Assembly (NCBI GenBank): GCA_031378805.1
Contig: JANNEO010000002.1
Location: 1,170-65,169 of the forward strand
Reading direction: 5' to 3'
Source of the DNA: Hyphomicrobiales bacterium
Lineage (GTDB): Bacteria; Pseudomonadota; Alphaproteobacteria; Rhizobiales; Beijerinckiaceae
Length of the DNA stretch: 64,000 nucleotides
The notes beneath the pieces are model-generated. The model searched no databases, was not told the origin of the DNA, and worked only from the letters and a program-made list of their open reading frames with translations. Position numbers and translations under genes: made by a program. Shown piece by piece: positions 19,898-29,966 of this stretch; the stretch's first letter is position 1; each line of letters opens with the position of its first letter.

Positions 19898-20983
19898 TCA
19901 GACATCCCGCGACTCGAAGTCGATCCGAGGATCGATCCAGGTGTAGGTGAGGTCTGTGACAAGGCTGACGAACAAGCCGATCAGGGCGAAGATATAAAGA
20001 TTGGCGAAGACCACCGGATAATCCCGGTTCAGGATCGCCTCGAAGGACAGCAATCCCAACCCGTCGAGCGAGAAGATGGTTTCGATCAGCAGCGACCCAG
20101 CAAAAAACGCGTGGATGAAAGCCGAGGGAATGCCCGCAATGACGATCAGCATGGCATTGCGGAAGACATGACCGTAGAGCACCTGGCGCTCGCTCAGGCC
20201 CTTCATGCGTGCGGTCAGCACATACTGCTTCTTGATCTCGTCCAGGAACGAGTTCTTGGTCAGCAGCGATTTCGTGGCAAACACTGCGATGGCCATGGAG
20301 ATCAGCGGCAGAGTCACGTGCCAGGCGTAGTCCTTGATCTTGCCGAACGTGGAAAGCTGCGCCCAGTTGTCCGACCACAGGCCGCGGTTAGGGAATATGT
20401 TCCAGAACGACCCGCCGGCAAAAAATACGATCAGGATAATGGCGAAGAGAAAGCCGGGAATCGCATAACCCACGATGATGACAGCGCTTGTCCAGATGTC
20501 GAAGGCCGTGCCGTCCTTCACAGCCTTGCGGATGCCGAGCGGAATGGAGATGGAATAGGACAGGATCAGCATCCACAGGCCCAGCGACATGGAGACCGGC
20601 AGCTTCTCCTTGATCAGTTGCAGCACCGTCGTATCGCGGAAATAGCTCTTGCCGAAATCGAAGCGCAGATAGTCCCAGACCATCTTGAAGAACCGCTCGG
20701 GCGCGGGCTTGTCGAAGCCGAACTGCTTTTCCAGCTGCTTGATGAATTCGGGGTCCAGGCCCTGCGACCCGCGATAGGCTCCGCCATCGCCACCGCCGCC
20801 TGAAAGCTCTCCCGTGCCGCCACCCACACGGGAAGCGGCATCCGTGCTGTTGCCCTGCAACTGCGCGATCACCCGCTCCACGGGGCCGCCGGGAGCGAAT
20901 TGCACGATCACGAAAGACACCAGCATGATCCCGAACAGGGTCGGGATCATCAGCAGCAGACGGCGGGCAATGTAAGCGAGCAT
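19898..20983 (-). CDS. yejB: ABC transporter permease (YejB-like)
   Basis: 361 aa. N-terminus MLAYIARRLLLMIPTLFGIMLVSFVIVQFAPGGP, typical of DppB/YejB permeases. Confidence 0.8.
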   Translation of the reverse strand: MLAYIARRLLLMIPTLFGIMLVSFVIVQFAPGGPVERVIAQLQGNSTDAASRVGGGTGELSGGGGDGGAYRGSQGLDPEFIKQLEKQFGFDKPAPERFFKMVWDYLRFDFGKSYFRDTTVLQLIKEKLPVSMSLGLWMLILSYSISIPLGIRKAVKDGTAFDIWTSAVIIVGYAIPGFLFAIILIVFFAGGSFWNIFPNRGLWSDNWAQLSTFGKIKDYAWHVTLPLISMAIAVFATKSLLTKNSFLDEIKKQYVLTARMKGLSERQVLYGHVFRNAMLIVIAGIPSAFIHAFFAGSLLIETIFSLDGLGLLSFEAILNRDYPVVFANLYIFALIGLFVSLVTDLTYTWIDPRIDFESRDV

Positions 20984-21019
20984 GGACTCCAGCAGAGTGT
21001 GTCTGTCAGTGATTCGGAA

Positions 21020-22912
21020 TTAAAGACCCTGCTTCTTAGCCTTCTCCTGGTCAAACCACCACGTGTTGGCGACAACACCCATCAGGCTGGAGGTTCCCAC
21101 GAACTGTGGTGGGCGCACAGGCTTTCCATACAAATCCCAATAGACCATCCAGGCACTGTCATTGTGCCAGGCCGGGATCATGCTGCGGGTGGAGCGCAAC
21201 ACGCGGTCCAATGCACGGCAGGCGGTGTTCAGCTCATCGCGGGAGCGCACCCGGCCGATCACCTCGATCAGCGCGTCCGCTGCAGGCTCCTTGATGCCTG
21301 CAAGATTGCGCGAGCCGTTGCGTCCCGCCGCCTCCGAGCCATAGATGCCCCTGAGCGAGTCACCCGGCGTCAATGTGCCACCCATGTTGCGCAGCGTCAT
21401 GTCATAGTCGAACTCGTCGAGCCGCTTCTGGTATTGCGCGGCATCGACCGTGCGCAGTTGTGCATCGATGCCCAGCAGCTTGAGATTTTTCACCAATCCG
21501 CCGGCATGGGGATGCAGGGACGGGTCGAAATCCAGAAGTTCGATGGTGAAGGCCTGCCCGCTGGGAAACTTCAGGACTGCGCCGTCCCTCTTCAGTCCCG
21601 CCTCCTGCAACAACTGTCCAGCGCGGCGCAGGATTGCACGATCCTGACCGGAGCCATCGCTGACGGGCGGCACGAACGGCTCCTCGAAAACCTCGGCGGG
21701 CAAGGTGCTGCGGTAAGGTTCGAGCAGCGTCAACTCCTGCGGCGAAGGGCGGCCCACGGCTTTCAGTGGTGTGTTCTCGAAGTACGACGACGTGCGCTTG
21801 TAGGAGCCATACATCAACTGCGTATTCGTCCATTCGAAATCGAAAGCCAGGATGATCGCTTCCCGCACCCGGCGGTCCTTGAATTTCTCGCGGCGCATGT
21901 TGATGTGCCAGCCCTGGATCGAGGTCGGTCCATCGGTGCGGATCGGATCACGCAGCACGCGCCCATCCTTCGCCGCCGGGAAATCATAGCCCGTAGCCCA
22001 GGTGCGCGACGTGAACTCCTGCCGCATGGTGAAGGCGCGGCCCTTGAACCCCTCGAACGCCACCGTGCGATCGCGGTAATACTCAAACCGCAACGTGCCG
22101 AAATTGTTCTGTCCCACATTCACCGGCAAATCCTTGCCCCAATAGTCCGGCACCCGGTCCAGCTCGATGAAGCGCCCCACCTCGAAGCGGCCGACCTTGT
22201 AGGCACCGGACCCCTGCGGCGGCTCCAGGCTCGTCTCTTCGAAATTCTTCGCGGTGTAATACGCCTTGGAAAAGATCGGCATGGCGGCAACGGTCATGAT
22301 CAGGTCGCGCGGTGGATCGGGCTTCAGCTCCACCCGCAGCACATCGGAGGCCTCCGCCTCCGCCGCTACCAGATCACGCAGCACCTGCTGATACACCGGA
22401 TGCGCCTTGGTCTTCATCAAGTTCAGCGAAAACGCCACGTCTTCCGCCGTCAGCGGCGTGCCATCGTGGAACCGGGCTTCACGGCGCAGCTTGAAGCGCC
22501 ATTCAGGCTTGCCCTCCGTCTTCAGCACACGTTCTGCCACCAGACCATAAAGCGCATCCGGCTCATCGCCGGTGCCACTCATCAGACTGTCGAACAGCGC
22601 GCCGACACCTGCCGCGCCCTCTCCCTTGAGGATGTAGATGTTGAAGGTATTGAAGGTGTTGAAGCTCTGGTTGCCGGAAACCGAGCTGATCTGCATGGAC
22701 AGCGTGCCGCCCTTGGGCGCAGCAGGGTTCACATAGCCGAAATGCTTGAAATCCGCAGGCTGCTTGAGGTCTCCGAAAAAGGACAGGCCATGACTGGCAC
22801 CCGACCAGTCCGTCGCAGCCGAAGCAGGGAGCAAGCCAGCTCCCAACGCTGCGGCACCTCCGGCCAGCGTCGCCCTGCGGCTGATCGTTGTGGACCCTGA
22901 ACCTTGCGTCAT
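21020..22912 (-). CDS. extracellular solute-binding protein family 5 (YejA-like), Tat-type signal
   Basis: The start is taken at MTQGSGSTTISRRATLAGGAAALGAGLLPASAA (ATG at 22912). The ORF-track N-terminal extension looks non-coding. Large SBP_bac_5-like body. Confidence 0.8.
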   Translation of the reverse strand: MTQGSGSTTISRRATLAGGAAALGAGLLPASAATDWSGASHGLSFFGDLKQPADFKHFGYVNPAAPKGGTLSMQISSVSGNQSFNTFNTFNIYILKGEGAAGVGALFDSLMSGTGDEPDALYGLVAERVLKTEGKPEWRFKLRREARFHDGTPLTAEDVAFSLNLMKTKAHPVYQQVLRDLVAAEAEASDVLRVELKPDPPRDLIMTVAAMPIFSKAYYTAKNFEETSLEPPQGSGAYKVGRFEVGRFIELDRVPDYWGKDLPVNVGQNNFGTLRFEYYRDRTVAFEGFKGRAFTMRQEFTSRTWATGYDFPAAKDGRVLRDPIRTDGPTSIQGWHINMRREKFKDRRVREAIILAFDFEWTNTQLMYGSYKRTSSYFENTPLKAVGRPSPQELTLLEPYRSTLPAEVFEEPFVPPVSDGSGQDRAILRRAGQLLQEAGLKRDGAVLKFPSGQAFTIELLDFDPSLHPHAGGLVKNLKLLGIDAQLRTVDAAQYQKRLDEFDYDMTLRNMGGTLTPGDSLRGIYGSEAAGRNGSRNLAGIKEPAADALIEVIGRVRSRDELNTACRALDRVLRSTRSMIPAWHNDSAWMVYWDLYGKPVRPPQFVGTSSLMGVVANTWWFDQEKAKKQGL

Positions 22913-22994
22913 CACGGCTCTCCTCTGTCGTGATTCACCTGTTTGACTAAGATAGGGAACACATGGACCAAAAGCCAATATCAGCGGTTCCCGA

Positions 22995-24866
22995 TCAGCG
23001 ATTCCTGCCACCCGTCTTTTCCGCTTTTGCCGCGTCCCACCACCAGATCGATGGAAAAGCCGTGGCACCGTAGCGCGGCATGGCCTCGGGTCGGCCAAAT
23101 CGATCCCAGTAGGCCACGAACTCCCTGTCCTCCGTCAACACGGGAATACCGATCACCATGCGTTGCAGCACACGGTCCAGCAGCCTGCCCGCAGCCGTCT
23201 TTTCCGCTCCGGCAGGAGCCAGCACGAGCTTTTCGACCAAGGCATCCACCAGCGGACTGTTCAGGCCACCCAGGTTGTTGGTGCCCCGCTTGTCGGCACT
23301 GCCGGAGGAAAAATAATCGCGCACCTCGCTGCCCGGTGCATGGCCCTGCACCCAGCCATGCACTGCGATATCGAAATCGAAACTTCGCATACGGTTCTGG
23401 TACTGCACCTCATCCACCTGCCGGATCTGCACCGCAATGCCCAGCTTCGCAAGTTGATCGCCATAAACAGTAGCGACGCGCTCCATCACCGCATCTTCCA
23501 GCACGAACTCAAGCGTGAGCTGCTGCCCCTTGGGGTCTGTAAGTCGACCATCCCTGAGGGTGAAACCAGCTTCCTTGAGCAGTTCCAGCGCCTTGAACAG
23601 ACTGGCCCTCGCGTTGTTGACCCTGTGCTGCCCCCCCACACCATCGAGCTGGCTGGCCTCCGGCGCATCCGGCAGTACCTTGAGCAGCAACCGCTCCTCC
23701 TCTGACAGCGGTCCGCTCGCCTCGAACGCAGTATGCGGGAAATAGGAGCCAGGCCGCGACAGCAGCGCATGAAACACCTGCCGGTTCACATCGTCGAAAT
23801 CGAAGGCCATCGTCAGGGCTTGCCGAAGGCGCGGATCGCTGAACTTTGCCCGACGCAGATTGAACACGAGCGCGCGCACTATGCCGATCCGCTCGATGCC
23901 GAATGCCGCCTTGACGATGCGACCGTCCGTGGCCGCCGGGAAGCCGTAGCCCACCGCCCAGGACTTCAGGCTGGTCTCTCGCCGCAGATCGACGAGGTCC
24001 GCCTTGAAAGCCTCGAACATCACGTTCGCATCCCGGAAATACTCGATATCGAGACGCTCGAAATTCTCTGTTCCCACGCGGATCGGGACACCCCACCCCC
24101 AGTAGTCGGGGACACGCTCGTAGGTGACGGTGCGACCGGGATCGAAGGACTTCACCCTGTAGGGCCCGGACCCCAGAGGCGGCTCCAGTGTCGTCGCCGC
24201 CACATCGCGGGGCGCGCCACGTGAATCCATCCCTTCCCACCAGTGCTTCGGCAGGATGCTCATCTGTCCGATGTAGAGGGGCAGCGCCGCATCTCCGGCC
24301 TGGCTGAAGATGAAACGCACCTCGCGCTCGGAAATCCTTTCAACGTCTCGCACCTTGAGGAATTGCAGGTTGAACTGTGGCGACAGGCGCTTCCACGTGT
24401 GAAACGAGAAGATCACATCATCCGCCGTCACGGGATTGCCGTCATGCCAGCGAGCTTCGGGCCGCAACCGGAACGACACTTCGGAAAAATCCGCCGGAAA
24501 CGCCACGGCTTCGGCCAACAGGCCGTATTCCGTCGTCGGCTCGTCCAGGGACACCATCAGCAGCGGCTCGTAGAGCTTCATCAGGGAAGCGGCGAGCTTC
24601 CCCTTCACACCGCTTATGAACGGATTGAAATTGTCGAATGAGCCAGAGGCACCGATCCGCACCATGCCCCCCACAGGGGCCTGGGGATTGACGTAGTCGG
24701 GGTGGCGGAAACCGGGGCCGTATTTCGGCTCACCCGTCAGCGAAATCGCATGACGCCATGGTGGCGACTGGGCGCTGGCCGGAGACAGCAGAAGCAAAGC
24801 GACCGGGAAAGCCGCCAGCAACACCCTCCCCCACCCGAGCACCTGTTTTAACGACGCCATCGTCAC
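22995..24866 (-). CDS. second extracellular solute-binding protein family 5 (YejA-like paralog)
   Basis: 623 aa with a signal peptide (LLAAFPVALLLLSPASAQ). Clearly paralogous to 21020-22912 (shared PDYWG...P and FE..Y motifs). Confidence 0.8.
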   Translation of the reverse strand: MTMASLKQVLGWGRVLLAAFPVALLLLSPASAQSPPWRHAISLTGEPKYGPGFRHPDYVNPQAPVGGMVRIGASGSFDNFNPFISGVKGKLAASLMKLYEPLLMVSLDEPTTEYGLLAEAVAFPADFSEVSFRLRPEARWHDGNPVTADDVIFSFHTWKRLSPQFNLQFLKVRDVERISEREVRFIFSQAGDAALPLYIGQMSILPKHWWEGMDSRGAPRDVAATTLEPPLGSGPYRVKSFDPGRTVTYERVPDYWGWGVPIRVGTENFERLDIEYFRDANVMFEAFKADLVDLRRETSLKSWAVGYGFPAATDGRIVKAAFGIERIGIVRALVFNLRRAKFSDPRLRQALTMAFDFDDVNRQVFHALLSRPGSYFPHTAFEASGPLSEEERLLLKVLPDAPEASQLDGVGGQHRVNNARASLFKALELLKEAGFTLRDGRLTDPKGQQLTLEFVLEDAVMERVATVYGDQLAKLGIAVQIRQVDEVQYQNRMRSFDFDIAVHGWVQGHAPGSEVRDYFSSGSADKRGTNNLGGLNSPLVDALVEKLVLAPAGAEKTAAGRLLDRVLQRMVIGIPVLTEDREFVAYWDRFGRPEAMPRYGATAFPSIWWWDAAKAEKTGGRNR

Positions 24867-24919
24867 ATCATGTCAGGAACAGGGCGAATGGCAATTCACA
24901 GCAGCACATTCCCTCCAAC

Positions 24920-24945
24920 AAAAAAGGGCCACGCAGGCCCTTTTT
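24920..24945. terminator. rho-independent terminator downstream of cycM (A-run/stem/T-run, works on both strands)
   Basis: The sequence aaaaaagggcc-acgca-ggcccttttt is read directly. Confidence 0.6.
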
Positions 24946-24969
24946 GCCAAATCACTGACTATTCTCGCG

Positions 24970-25515
24970 TCACTTCGGCAGAGCCAATGGGCTATCCGAC
25001 AGAGTGTTGAGATACGCGACAAGATCAGCCCGTGTCCTGGGATTGGAGATCCCGGCATAGGACATCGATGTTCCAGCAATGTAACCCTTGGGATTTTCCA
25101 CGAACTTGTCGATGGTCTCGAAATCCCACTTCTCACCCTTCGCCGCCACGGTCTTGAGGGCCGCGGAATAGCCAAAGCCTGCAACCTGTCCCTTGGCCCG
25201 ACCAAGCACGCCCCACATGTTGGGGCCGACCTTGTTGGCTCCGCCCTTGTCAGGCGTATGACAGGCCGCGCATTGCTTGAATGTGGCCTCACCCTTGGAC
25301 TTGTCTGAGGACGCCAAGCGCACGGCAATGGGCTCGGCCACAACGGCAGGAGCCGAGGCGGCGACGGCAGCACCAGCAGGCATCGGCAGATCGTAGCCAG
25401 GCTTGGCGGCTTTCTTTTCGGCGAACAGCAGTTCACCGCCGAAGCTCGTCAGCATCAGGAAGGTCAAGGAACCAAGGACCGCACCCGCCACCTTGTTCAG
25501 CTCAAAGGAGTCCAT
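24970..25515 (-). CDS. cycM: membrane-anchored c-type cytochrome (CycM-like)
   Basis: N-terminal TM anchor, Ala/Pro linker, heme site CAACH and a distal Met region (GTSMSYAGI). The cycM-kdsB-pheA neighbourhood is as in Bradyrhizobium-type genomes. Confidence 0.8.
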   Translation of the reverse strand: MDSFELNKVAGAVLGSLTFLMLTSFGGELLFAEKKAAKPGYDLPMPAGAAVAASAPAVVAEPIAVRLASSDKSKGEATFKQCAACHTPDKGGANKVGPNMWGVLGRAKGQVAGFGYSAALKTVAAKGEKWDFETIDKFVENPKGYIAGTSMSYAGISNPRTRADLVAYLNTLSDSPLALPK

Positions 25516-25732
25516 GATCCTCGATCTCCGTATTGTTCAAGGCACGATTGTTGCCGGATCAGCAACCAGCAGAAACTGTGCCTGAATTTCCGCGATCAAT
25601 AGACGCTTTGACGCGGATTGCGCAACCCGTATAAGCGGCTGCATCCGTGCTACTTTTTGACGCCTCGCCTGCGTTTTTCGCAACCTTCCCGTTCAGCAAA
25701 CCGTCCTTGTCCAGCAAACCGTCCTGTCCAGC

Positions 25733-26470
25733 ATGTCCGATCCGATCATTGTCATTCCTGCCCGCATGGCCGCCACTCGCCTGCCAAACAAACCGTTGGC
25801 CGACATCAATGGCAAGCCGATGATCGTGCATGTCTGGGAACGGGCCATGGAGGCCGGCGTCGGCCCGGTGATCGTCGCCACGGACAGCCGTGATATTGCC
25901 GCCGCAGTGGAAGCCGCAGGTGGTCGCGCCATCATGACGCGCGACGATCATCCTTCGGGGTCGGATCGCGTTTATGAAGCTGTGGAAAAGGCTGACCCGA
26001 ACGGCCTGCATGATGTCGTCGTCAACCTTCAGGGTGATTTCCCGACAATCGATCCGCGCGCCATCGCGGTGTCGGTCCTGCCGCTGGCCGATACCGCCGT
26101 CGATATCGCCACGCTGGCAGCCGTGATTGTGGACGAAGACGAGATGACCGCGCCATCAGTCGTCAAACTGATCGGATCGGAAATCGCGCCGAACAGGATG
26201 CGGGCGCTCTATTTCACCCGCGCGACCGCGCCAACCGGCCCTGGTCCCCTCTATCATCACGTGGGTCTTTACGCATATCGACGCAAGGCGCTGGCCCGCT
26301 TTGTCAGCCTGCCTCCCTCGCCGCTGGAATTACGGGAAAAATTGGAGCAGTTGCGCGCCATCGAGGCGGGAATGCGCATCGACGTTGCGGTGATCGACCA
26401 TGTTCCGCGCGGCGTCGACACGCCGGGCGACCTGATCATCGTGCGCGAACTGCTTCGCCTCAGACATTGA
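25733..26470 (+). CDS. kdsB: 3-deoxy-manno-octulosonate cytidylyltransferase
   Basis: Motifs [29 protein letters not shown] and LEQLRAIE. Confidence 0.9.
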   Translation: MSDPIIVIPARMAATRLPNKPLADINGKPMIVHVWERAMEAGVGPVIVATDSRDIAAAVEAAGGRAIMTRDDHPSGSDRVYEAVEKADPNGLHDVVVNLQGDFPTIDPRAIAVSVLPLADTAVDIATLAAVIVDEDEMTAPSVVKLIGSEIAPNRMRALYFTRATAPTGPGPLYHHVGLYAYRRKALARFVSLPPSPLELREKLEQLRAIEAGMRIDVAVIDHVPRGVDTPGDLIIVRELLRLRH

Positions 26471-26479
26471 TCGAACACC

Positions 26480-27340
26480 GTGGAACCGATGAAACAGCTT
26501 ATTTCCTTCCAGGGCGAGCCTGGAGCCAATTCCCACAGCGCCTGCGAGCAGGCCTTCCCCGAGATGGAGCCATTGCCCTGTCCAACCTTCGAGGACGCCT
26601 TTGCCGCTGTCCAGGAGGGCACGGCGGCGCTGGCCATGATTCCGATCGAGAACTCGATTGCCGGGCGCGTGGCCGATATCCATCATCTGCTGCCGACCTC
26701 GGGCCTCAACATCATCGGCGAGCATTTCCTGCCGATTCATTTCCAGCTCATGGCGCTTCCCGCTGCGTCACTCTCGACCATCAAGGATGTCTACAGCCAC
26801 GTCCATGCCATCGGGCAATGCCGCAAGATCATCCGTAAGCTCGGCCTCAAGGCCCATGTGGCCGGGGATACGGCAGGATCGGCGCGGCAGGTTGCGGAAT
26901 GGAATGACGTGACCAAGGCGTCGCTCGCGCCCCGTCTCGCGGCACCGATCTACGGCCTGAAAATCCTGGCCGAAGACGTGGAGGACGAGGCGCACAACAC
27001 CACACGCTTTGTGGTGCTCTCGAAAAAGTCGAAAATCGCCAAACGCAACGGTGTTCCGCTTGTCACGAGCTTCGTCTTTCGCGTGCGCAACGTGCCAGCC
27101 GCGCTTTACAAAGCCATGGGCGGTTTCGCCACAAACGGCGTCAACATGAGCAAGCTCGAGAGCTACATGGTGGAAGGGCAGTTCACCGCCACGCAGTTTT
27201 ACGCCGAGGTCGATGGACACCCGGATGATCCGGGCCTGAAGCACGCTTTCGAGGAACTGGCCTTCTTCTCGAAGGAGCTGCGCATCATCGGCGTCTATCC
27301 CGCGCATCCCTATCGGGAGGAAGCAGCAAAAGGCAGCTGA
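26480..27340 (+). CDS. pheA: prephenate dehydratase
   Basis: Motifs ISFQGEPGANSH, IPIENSIAGRV and TRFVVLS, plus a C-terminal ACT-like domain. Confidence 0.9.
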   Translation: MEPMKQLISFQGEPGANSHSACEQAFPEMEPLPCPTFEDAFAAVQEGTAALAMIPIENSIAGRVADIHHLLPTSGLNIIGEHFLPIHFQLMALPAASLSTIKDVYSHVHAIGQCRKIIRKLGLKAHVAGDTAGSARQVAEWNDVTKASLAPRLAAPIYGLKILAEDVEDEAHNTTRFVVLSKKSKIAKRNGVPLVTSFVFRVRNVPAALYKAMGGFATNGVNMSKLESYMVEGQFTATQFYAEVDGHPDDPGLKHAFEELAFFSKELRIIGVYPAHPYREEAAKGS

Positions 27341-27342
27341 CG

Positions 27343-28287
27343 TTAGTTACTGTCCGCAAATATCTGCATGATGTGGTTGGCAATCGCCATGCGTGGCGGC
27401 GCGGAAATGCCCTTGGGATGCTCATTGCGCAGGATCTGACGCACTTCCTCGCGGCTGAACCAGCGGGCATCGGCCAGTTCCGTCGCATCGATGGTGATTT
27501 CTGAGGATGTGGCTTCCGCCAGGCAGCCGATCATGAGCGAGCTGGGAAAAGGCCAGGGCTGGGCACTGAGATAGCGCACCCGGCCTGTCCTGACACCGGT
27601 TTCCTCCAGGATTTCGCGGCGCACCGCATCCTCAATCGTCTCGCCCGGCTCCATGAAGCCCGCGAGGCAGGAATAGCGTCCCTCGGGAAACTGCGGGGCG
27701 CGTCCCATCAGACACTGATCACCGCGAACAGCGAGCATGATCACCACGGGATCGGTGCGGGGAAAGTGCTCTGTGTTGCAGGCCTGGCAGCGCCGCTTCC
27801 AGCCTGCGGAAGTGGCTGCGGTGGCAACCCCGCAATTGCTGCAGAAGCGATGCCTGTTGTGCCACAGCAGCATCGCCTTTGCCGTACCGATGGCATTGAT
27901 GATGCCAGGCGAAAACAGCCCCTGCATGGCAATGGATCGCATGTCGATCAGCTTGATATCCTCGCGCAGCTTCAGTGAATCGAACTGCTGCGATGCGATT
28001 TCGAGCGCAAAACGCGGCGCACCTTCGTCGAGGCCAAGAAACAGGACATCGCCTGCCGGGCCAAGATCGCTTGCGCGCGCCTGCGAGAGCAGCGGATTCA
28101 GCGCACCGCCATCAAGGGCCAGCACCGGCGTGTCCCGGCAAACCGCCACGAAACGGGCCTCAGGGTCGACCATGGCTGCGGCCTGCCAGACAGCGTCGTC
28201 GCGTCGCCAGGCCGCCCGGTCGAACGCCAGGGTAGCAAAGCCGAGATCTGTAGCCGCAGCGGTTGTTGCCCCTTCGAACAGATCCAT
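27343..28287 (-). CDS. nudC: NAD+ diphosphatase (NADH pyrophosphatase, Nudix)
   Basis: Zinc ribbon CSNCG...CQACNTEHFPRTDP. Nudix box GFMEPGETIEDAVRREILEETGV. Confidence 0.85.
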   Translation of the reverse strand: MDLFEGATTAAATDLGFATLAFDRAAWRRDDAVWQAAAMVDPEARFVAVCRDTPVLALDGGALNPLLSQARASDLGPAGDVLFLGLDEGAPRFALEIASQQFDSLKLREDIKLIDMRSIAMQGLFSPGIINAIGTAKAMLLWHNRHRFCSNCGVATAATSAGWKRRCQACNTEHFPRTDPVVIMLAVRGDQCLMGRAPQFPEGRYSCLAGFMEPGETIEDAVRREILEETGVRTGRVRYLSAQPWPFPSSLMIGCLAEATSSEITIDATELADARWFSREEVRQILRNEHPKGISAPPRMAIANHIMQIFADSN

Positions 28288-28730
28288 CAGACCAACTCCT
28301 GGAGGCCAAGGGGTTTCAGGACAGCAACCAGCCGGTCAAGCGTAACTCCGGCCATGTGAGGCGGATAGGGTTGCGCCTCGCCCACGCCCCAGACCGGACC
28401 CGGCCAGGCCGCATCGGAGAGAAAGCGACCGAGCACATGCACATGCAACTGCCGAACACGATTGCCCAATGCACCTACGTTCAGCTTGTCTGGAGAGTAC
28501 AGAGACCTCAACGCGTTCGATGTTGCCGCGATTTCGCGCATGAGCAGTATCTGGTCCGATTCTGAGAGATCGATGATCTCGGCCAGATCGGGCTTTCCCG
28601 GCACAAGAATGAGCCAAGGATAGCGGGCGTCATTCATCAGCAGCACGCGACTGAGGGCAAAACGCCCAATGGGCAGCGTATCTGCCTCGAGCCGCGAATC
28701 GAGCGAAAAAAGCAATTGGGAAGAGGACAT
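28287..28730 (-). CDS. HIT family hydrolase
   Basis: Histidine triad region QLHVHVLGR. The stop overlaps the nudC start by 1 nt (TGATG). Confidence 0.85.
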   Translation of the reverse strand: MSSSQLLFSLDSRLEADTLPIGRFALSRVLLMNDARYPWLILVPGKPDLAEIIDLSESDQILLMREIAATSNALRSLYSPDKLNVGALGNRVRQLHVHVLGRFLSDAAWPGPVWGVGEAQPYPPHMAGVTLDRLVAVLKPLGLQELV

Positions 28731-28796
28731 GGAGCAGAATCCTTCTGCTCCATGCTTCGCATTATCCCGGAAGGCTCCGCAAGCCGGGAGAAGGTG

Positions 28797-29783
28797 TCAG
28801 AAGCTGTAGCCCAGCTTCAACTTGGCGATGTTGCGGCTGAAATTGTCGAGATCCAGCGTATTCGGCGTTCCGCGTGCCTGGCCAGCAACCTGCGTGGCGA
28901 AAGTACCGGAGATCGCCAGCTTCTCGGTGGCCTGCCAGAACACCGTTGGCCCAATGAACCAGGCATGGCCATTCAACGTGTTGAGGAATGTGCCGCTATA
29001 GGCCCTGAGATGCTGCCCTTCGACACCGACGAAGACGGTGTCGGCAAGCTTGGCGGACAGGGCCGCACGAACATTCAGGCTCGATGCCTTGCACCACCCC
29101 CCAGTGAACCCGATGGACGGCACGCAATTGTTGAGACCCAGCGGCTCACTGCTCGACCAGCCCTGGCCGTACTCGACGTTGATGGCGCCGAAGATTCGGT
29201 CGGGTACCAGTGCGAAATCCGTCAAGATCTTGAACGAGTTGCTGCCCGAGCGCGAACGCTCCGAACCCAGGAAGGGAGTCAGCGGGTCATTGAAGCGGTT
29301 GTTGACAGCGCTGTAGCCTGGCTCGGCTGTCACCGTGAGGCCGATGCCATGGGTGGCGCGACCCAGAATCTTGTATTTGAACTCGATCTGGCCACCAAAG
29401 GCCGTCGCCGAGGCACTGGTCAGTCCGATGCGATCGGTGGCGCGCGAACTGCCATAATTGAGCGATGGACCGATTTCGAGACAGCGGATCGGCGAGGTCG
29501 ACACCTGGCCCTTGATATTGTGGCCGTTCAGCGTGCCAAAGCGCGTGCCATACGCACCGTTGTATTCCAGCGCGGCACCCCATGCTCCCAGATCAGCCAC
29601 GTCGGAACCAGACGAAAAGCCGAAGATGTCGCTCGGCAAGCCCGATGTCTCAAGACAGGCATTGTTGGGCGCGGGCGCTGACGGTTTGAGCACCTTGCCG
29701 GGCATATCGGCAGCTGACGCCGCAGAAAACGAGAGCGCGGTCAGGAAGCCAGCTGTGAGAAACGTGGTGGAAAGACGCATCAT
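28797..29783 (-). CDS. outer-membrane beta-barrel protein (porin-like)
   Basis: The start is taken at MMRLSTTFLTAGFLTALSFSAASAAD (signal peptide). Alternating beta-strand pattern with a C-terminal aromatic residue (LGYSF). Confidence 0.7.
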   Translation of the reverse strand: MMRLSTTFLTAGFLTALSFSAASAADMPGKVLKPSAPAPNNACLETSGLPSDIFGFSSGSDVADLGAWGAALEYNGAYGTRFGTLNGHNIKGQVSTSPIRCLEIGPSLNYGSSRATDRIGLTSASATAFGGQIEFKYKILGRATHGIGLTVTAEPGYSAVNNRFNDPLTPFLGSERSRSGSNSFKILTDFALVPDRIFGAINVEYGQGWSSSEPLGLNNCVPSIGFTGGWCKASSLNVRAALSAKLADTVFVGVEGQHLRAYSGTFLNTLNGHAWFIGPTVFWQATEKLAISGTFATQVAGQARGTPNTLDLDNFSRNIAKLKLGYSF

Positions 29784-29966
29784 GAACCCCTTGGAATGAC
29801 CAAGGCACCGTGGATCGATTACAGTAAACATATCCTTTATATTGCCGTGGAGACGAATGGTTGGCGCAATGAGCGCACAGTCCGTTGCCAAACTGCCACA
29901 ACCTGTAACCCTGTTGGAGGGAAATGGTCGCGCAGCCTGGAAGCATCTGCTATCCGCGACCCATCA

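Noticed and set aside
19007-22900. Very long plus-strand ORFs (598 aa at 19007-20803 and 666 aa at 20900-22900) antisense to the yej operon.
   Set aside because: These are typical GC-rich shadow frames. They have Arg/Gly/Ala/Pro/Asp-biased, motif-free sequence that lies exactly opposite well-supported ABC genes. The same reasoning applies to 7072-8424, 9165-10193, 14501-15808, 28716-29681, 33297-34853, 42773-44200, 47149-48252 and 61391-62488.
21020-23098. N-terminal extensions of ORF-track models (for example 21020-23098, 29796-31118, 33492-35201, 36469-37911, 41956-42831, 51482-53710, 7228-8382, 10471-11646 and 11460-12488).
   Set aside because: The extensions overlap neighbouring genes or intergenic repeats and lack coding character. 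Internal starts with RBS, signal-peptide or start-stop-overlap logic were preferred.
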